Source: Octopus sinensis
Lineage: Eukaryota
DNA length: 64,000 bases
Assembly (NCBI RefSeq): GCF_006345805.1
Contig: NC_043001.1
Location: 110,794,001 to 110,858,000, forward strand
Reading direction: 5' to 3'
Shown here: one piece after another, positions 63,481-64,000 of the stretch
How positions within the stretch are numbered: the stretch's first letter is position 1
Layout of the letters: each line of letters begins with the position of its first letter
Notes under the pieces: generated by a model
What the model saw: the letters and a program-made list of their open reading frames with translations, nothing else
Databases searched by the model: none
Told to the model about the DNA's origin: nothing
Position numbers and translations under genes: made by a program

Positions 63481-63699
63481 CCAAACACTTAGGCCCACGC
63501 TCACATACATAAACACGATCATATTTTATTAGTCCGTATGCGCGTGAGTATTTATGTGTGTGCGTGTATGTGTGTGTGTGCATCAGTTGTTCTGTCACGG
63601 CTGCTCGGCTGTATGCTGCCCTTGGCGCTGCTTTTCATTTGTTATATAAACGCCGTTGTTTTTATCTTTTTTCTTTATAGTTGCGACTGCTGCTCTAGT

Positions 63700-64000
63700 T
63701 TCAATGTTGTGATATCTGCTGTTGCTCTTTTGTTTTCTTTTGTTTACTGTTGTGGCTATTGTTGTTTTTGTAGGTGCTGCTGCTGCTGCTACCGCCGCTG
63801 ATGTTCATAATGAAGATGATGATGATGATACCACTGTTAGCGCTGCTGCTGTTGCATGTCTTCCATGTACTCTCGTTGTATGGGTTGAAGCCAGCAGTGT
63901 ATATCTTCTTGCCGGTTTTGTGCAGTCCTTTAGACGAATTACAACACCAAACGTGTGTTCCTAGGCCATCTCCTCCCACCTCGCCCAGTAGTCATGAACA
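63700..64000 (-). other. GC-richer CAG/CAT-repeat segment, possible terminal exon/3' UTR of a gene beyond the window
   Basis: Minus strand VHDYWARWEEMA* at the window edge, then CAG/ATC-rich sequence; no homology recognised. Confidence 0.2.

Overview
AT-rich, microsatellite-dense eukaryotic DNA. The SINE repertoire points to an octopus/cephalopod genome (inference). No complete protein-coding gene, rRNA, tRNA gene or CRISPR array is present, and most ORF-track entries are translations of (TA)n/(CA)n/(TATG)n tracts or SINEs. Recognisable content: many tRNA-derived SINEs of three families; relics of Tc1/mariner, HERO, R4/Dong, CR1, L1/Tx1, Helitron and Penelope-like elements (PLEs); three degraded class-A GPCR sequences; and a 1.38-kb tandem duplication. 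The main signal is a concentration of type I hammerhead ribozyme (HHR) motifs in at least five unrelated repeat families. Three are non-coding tandem repeats with units of about 485, 558 and 330 bp, one HHR per unit, sitting in or beside microsatellites; they resemble non-LTR retrozymes or non-autonomous PLEs. The others are a PLE fold-back with two outward-facing HHRs and a solitary PLE-type HHR. The 485-bp family shows a compensatory base-pair change in stem II between copies and a recurring inverted architecture. All folds were read by eye; none was computed or tested.
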